DNA of 64,000 bases from Saprospiraceae bacterium (GTDB taxonomy: Bacteria > Bacteroidota > Bacteroidia > Chitinophagales > Saprospiraceae). The notes beneath the pieces were generated by a model, which worked only from the letters and a program-made list of their open reading frames with translations, searched no databases and was not told the DNA's origin. This document shows positions 63,964 to 64,000 of this stretch, piece by piece (position 1 is the first letter of the stretch; the number at the start of each line of letters is the position of its first letter). Both the position numbers and the translations under genes were made by a program. The stretch lies in NCBI GenBank assembly GCA_022841505.1, contig JALHRK010000001.1:357-64356 (forward strand), read 5' to 3'.

Positions 63964-64000
63964 GGCTGAGTGAAGGCTTTGATAAATTGCGCGCAAAGAT

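Overview
This looks like a chromosomal segment of a Bacteroidota genome. The evidence is two T9SS-type C-terminal sorting domains, the panC / short glycogen-synthase / DUF4270 / glmS / DUF4290 / murA synteny, and TAnnTTTG-type -7 boxes. Most of the window is housekeeping: atpDC, an S41 tail-specific protease, a MacAB-type ABC efflux operon, NrtR-nadK-ppa, a sigma/anti-sigma pair, oxyR, a UvrD-nuclease helicase, hisGD, xth, panC, panD, glmS, murA, scpA and carB. I recognised no rRNA, tRNA, CRISPR array, transposase or integrase.

The main candidate for something new is an accessory island at about 20.5-28.5 kb, between oxyR and the helicase gene. Two divergent paralogous all-alpha proteins of unknown function bracket four genes. 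These are a nucleoside-phosphorylase (PNP) family effector with a C-terminal effector-associated-domain (EAD)-like helical adaptor, a small secreted FN3 protein, and a GNAT plus HTH/DUF5919-like pair. The same adaptor type sits at the N-terminus of a CHAT/caspase-like protease about 17 kb away (5456-6493). That gives two adaptor-tagged suicide-type effectors with no visible NTPase or sensor partner in the window.

Other points worth a second look:
- a stand-alone miniaturised SecA NBD2-like protein
- an 11-nt poly-C tract near the 5' end of a 2339-aa T9SS surface protein, a candidate phase-variation switch
- an oxyR-divergent small transcription unit
- an NrtR-nadK divergon with a GT-N7-AC palindrome
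- a HigB / XRE-ImmA toxin-antitoxin-like pair
- at least three families of intergenic palindromic repeat elements

All functional calls come from reading the translated ORFs and recalling family motifs. No database search was run.
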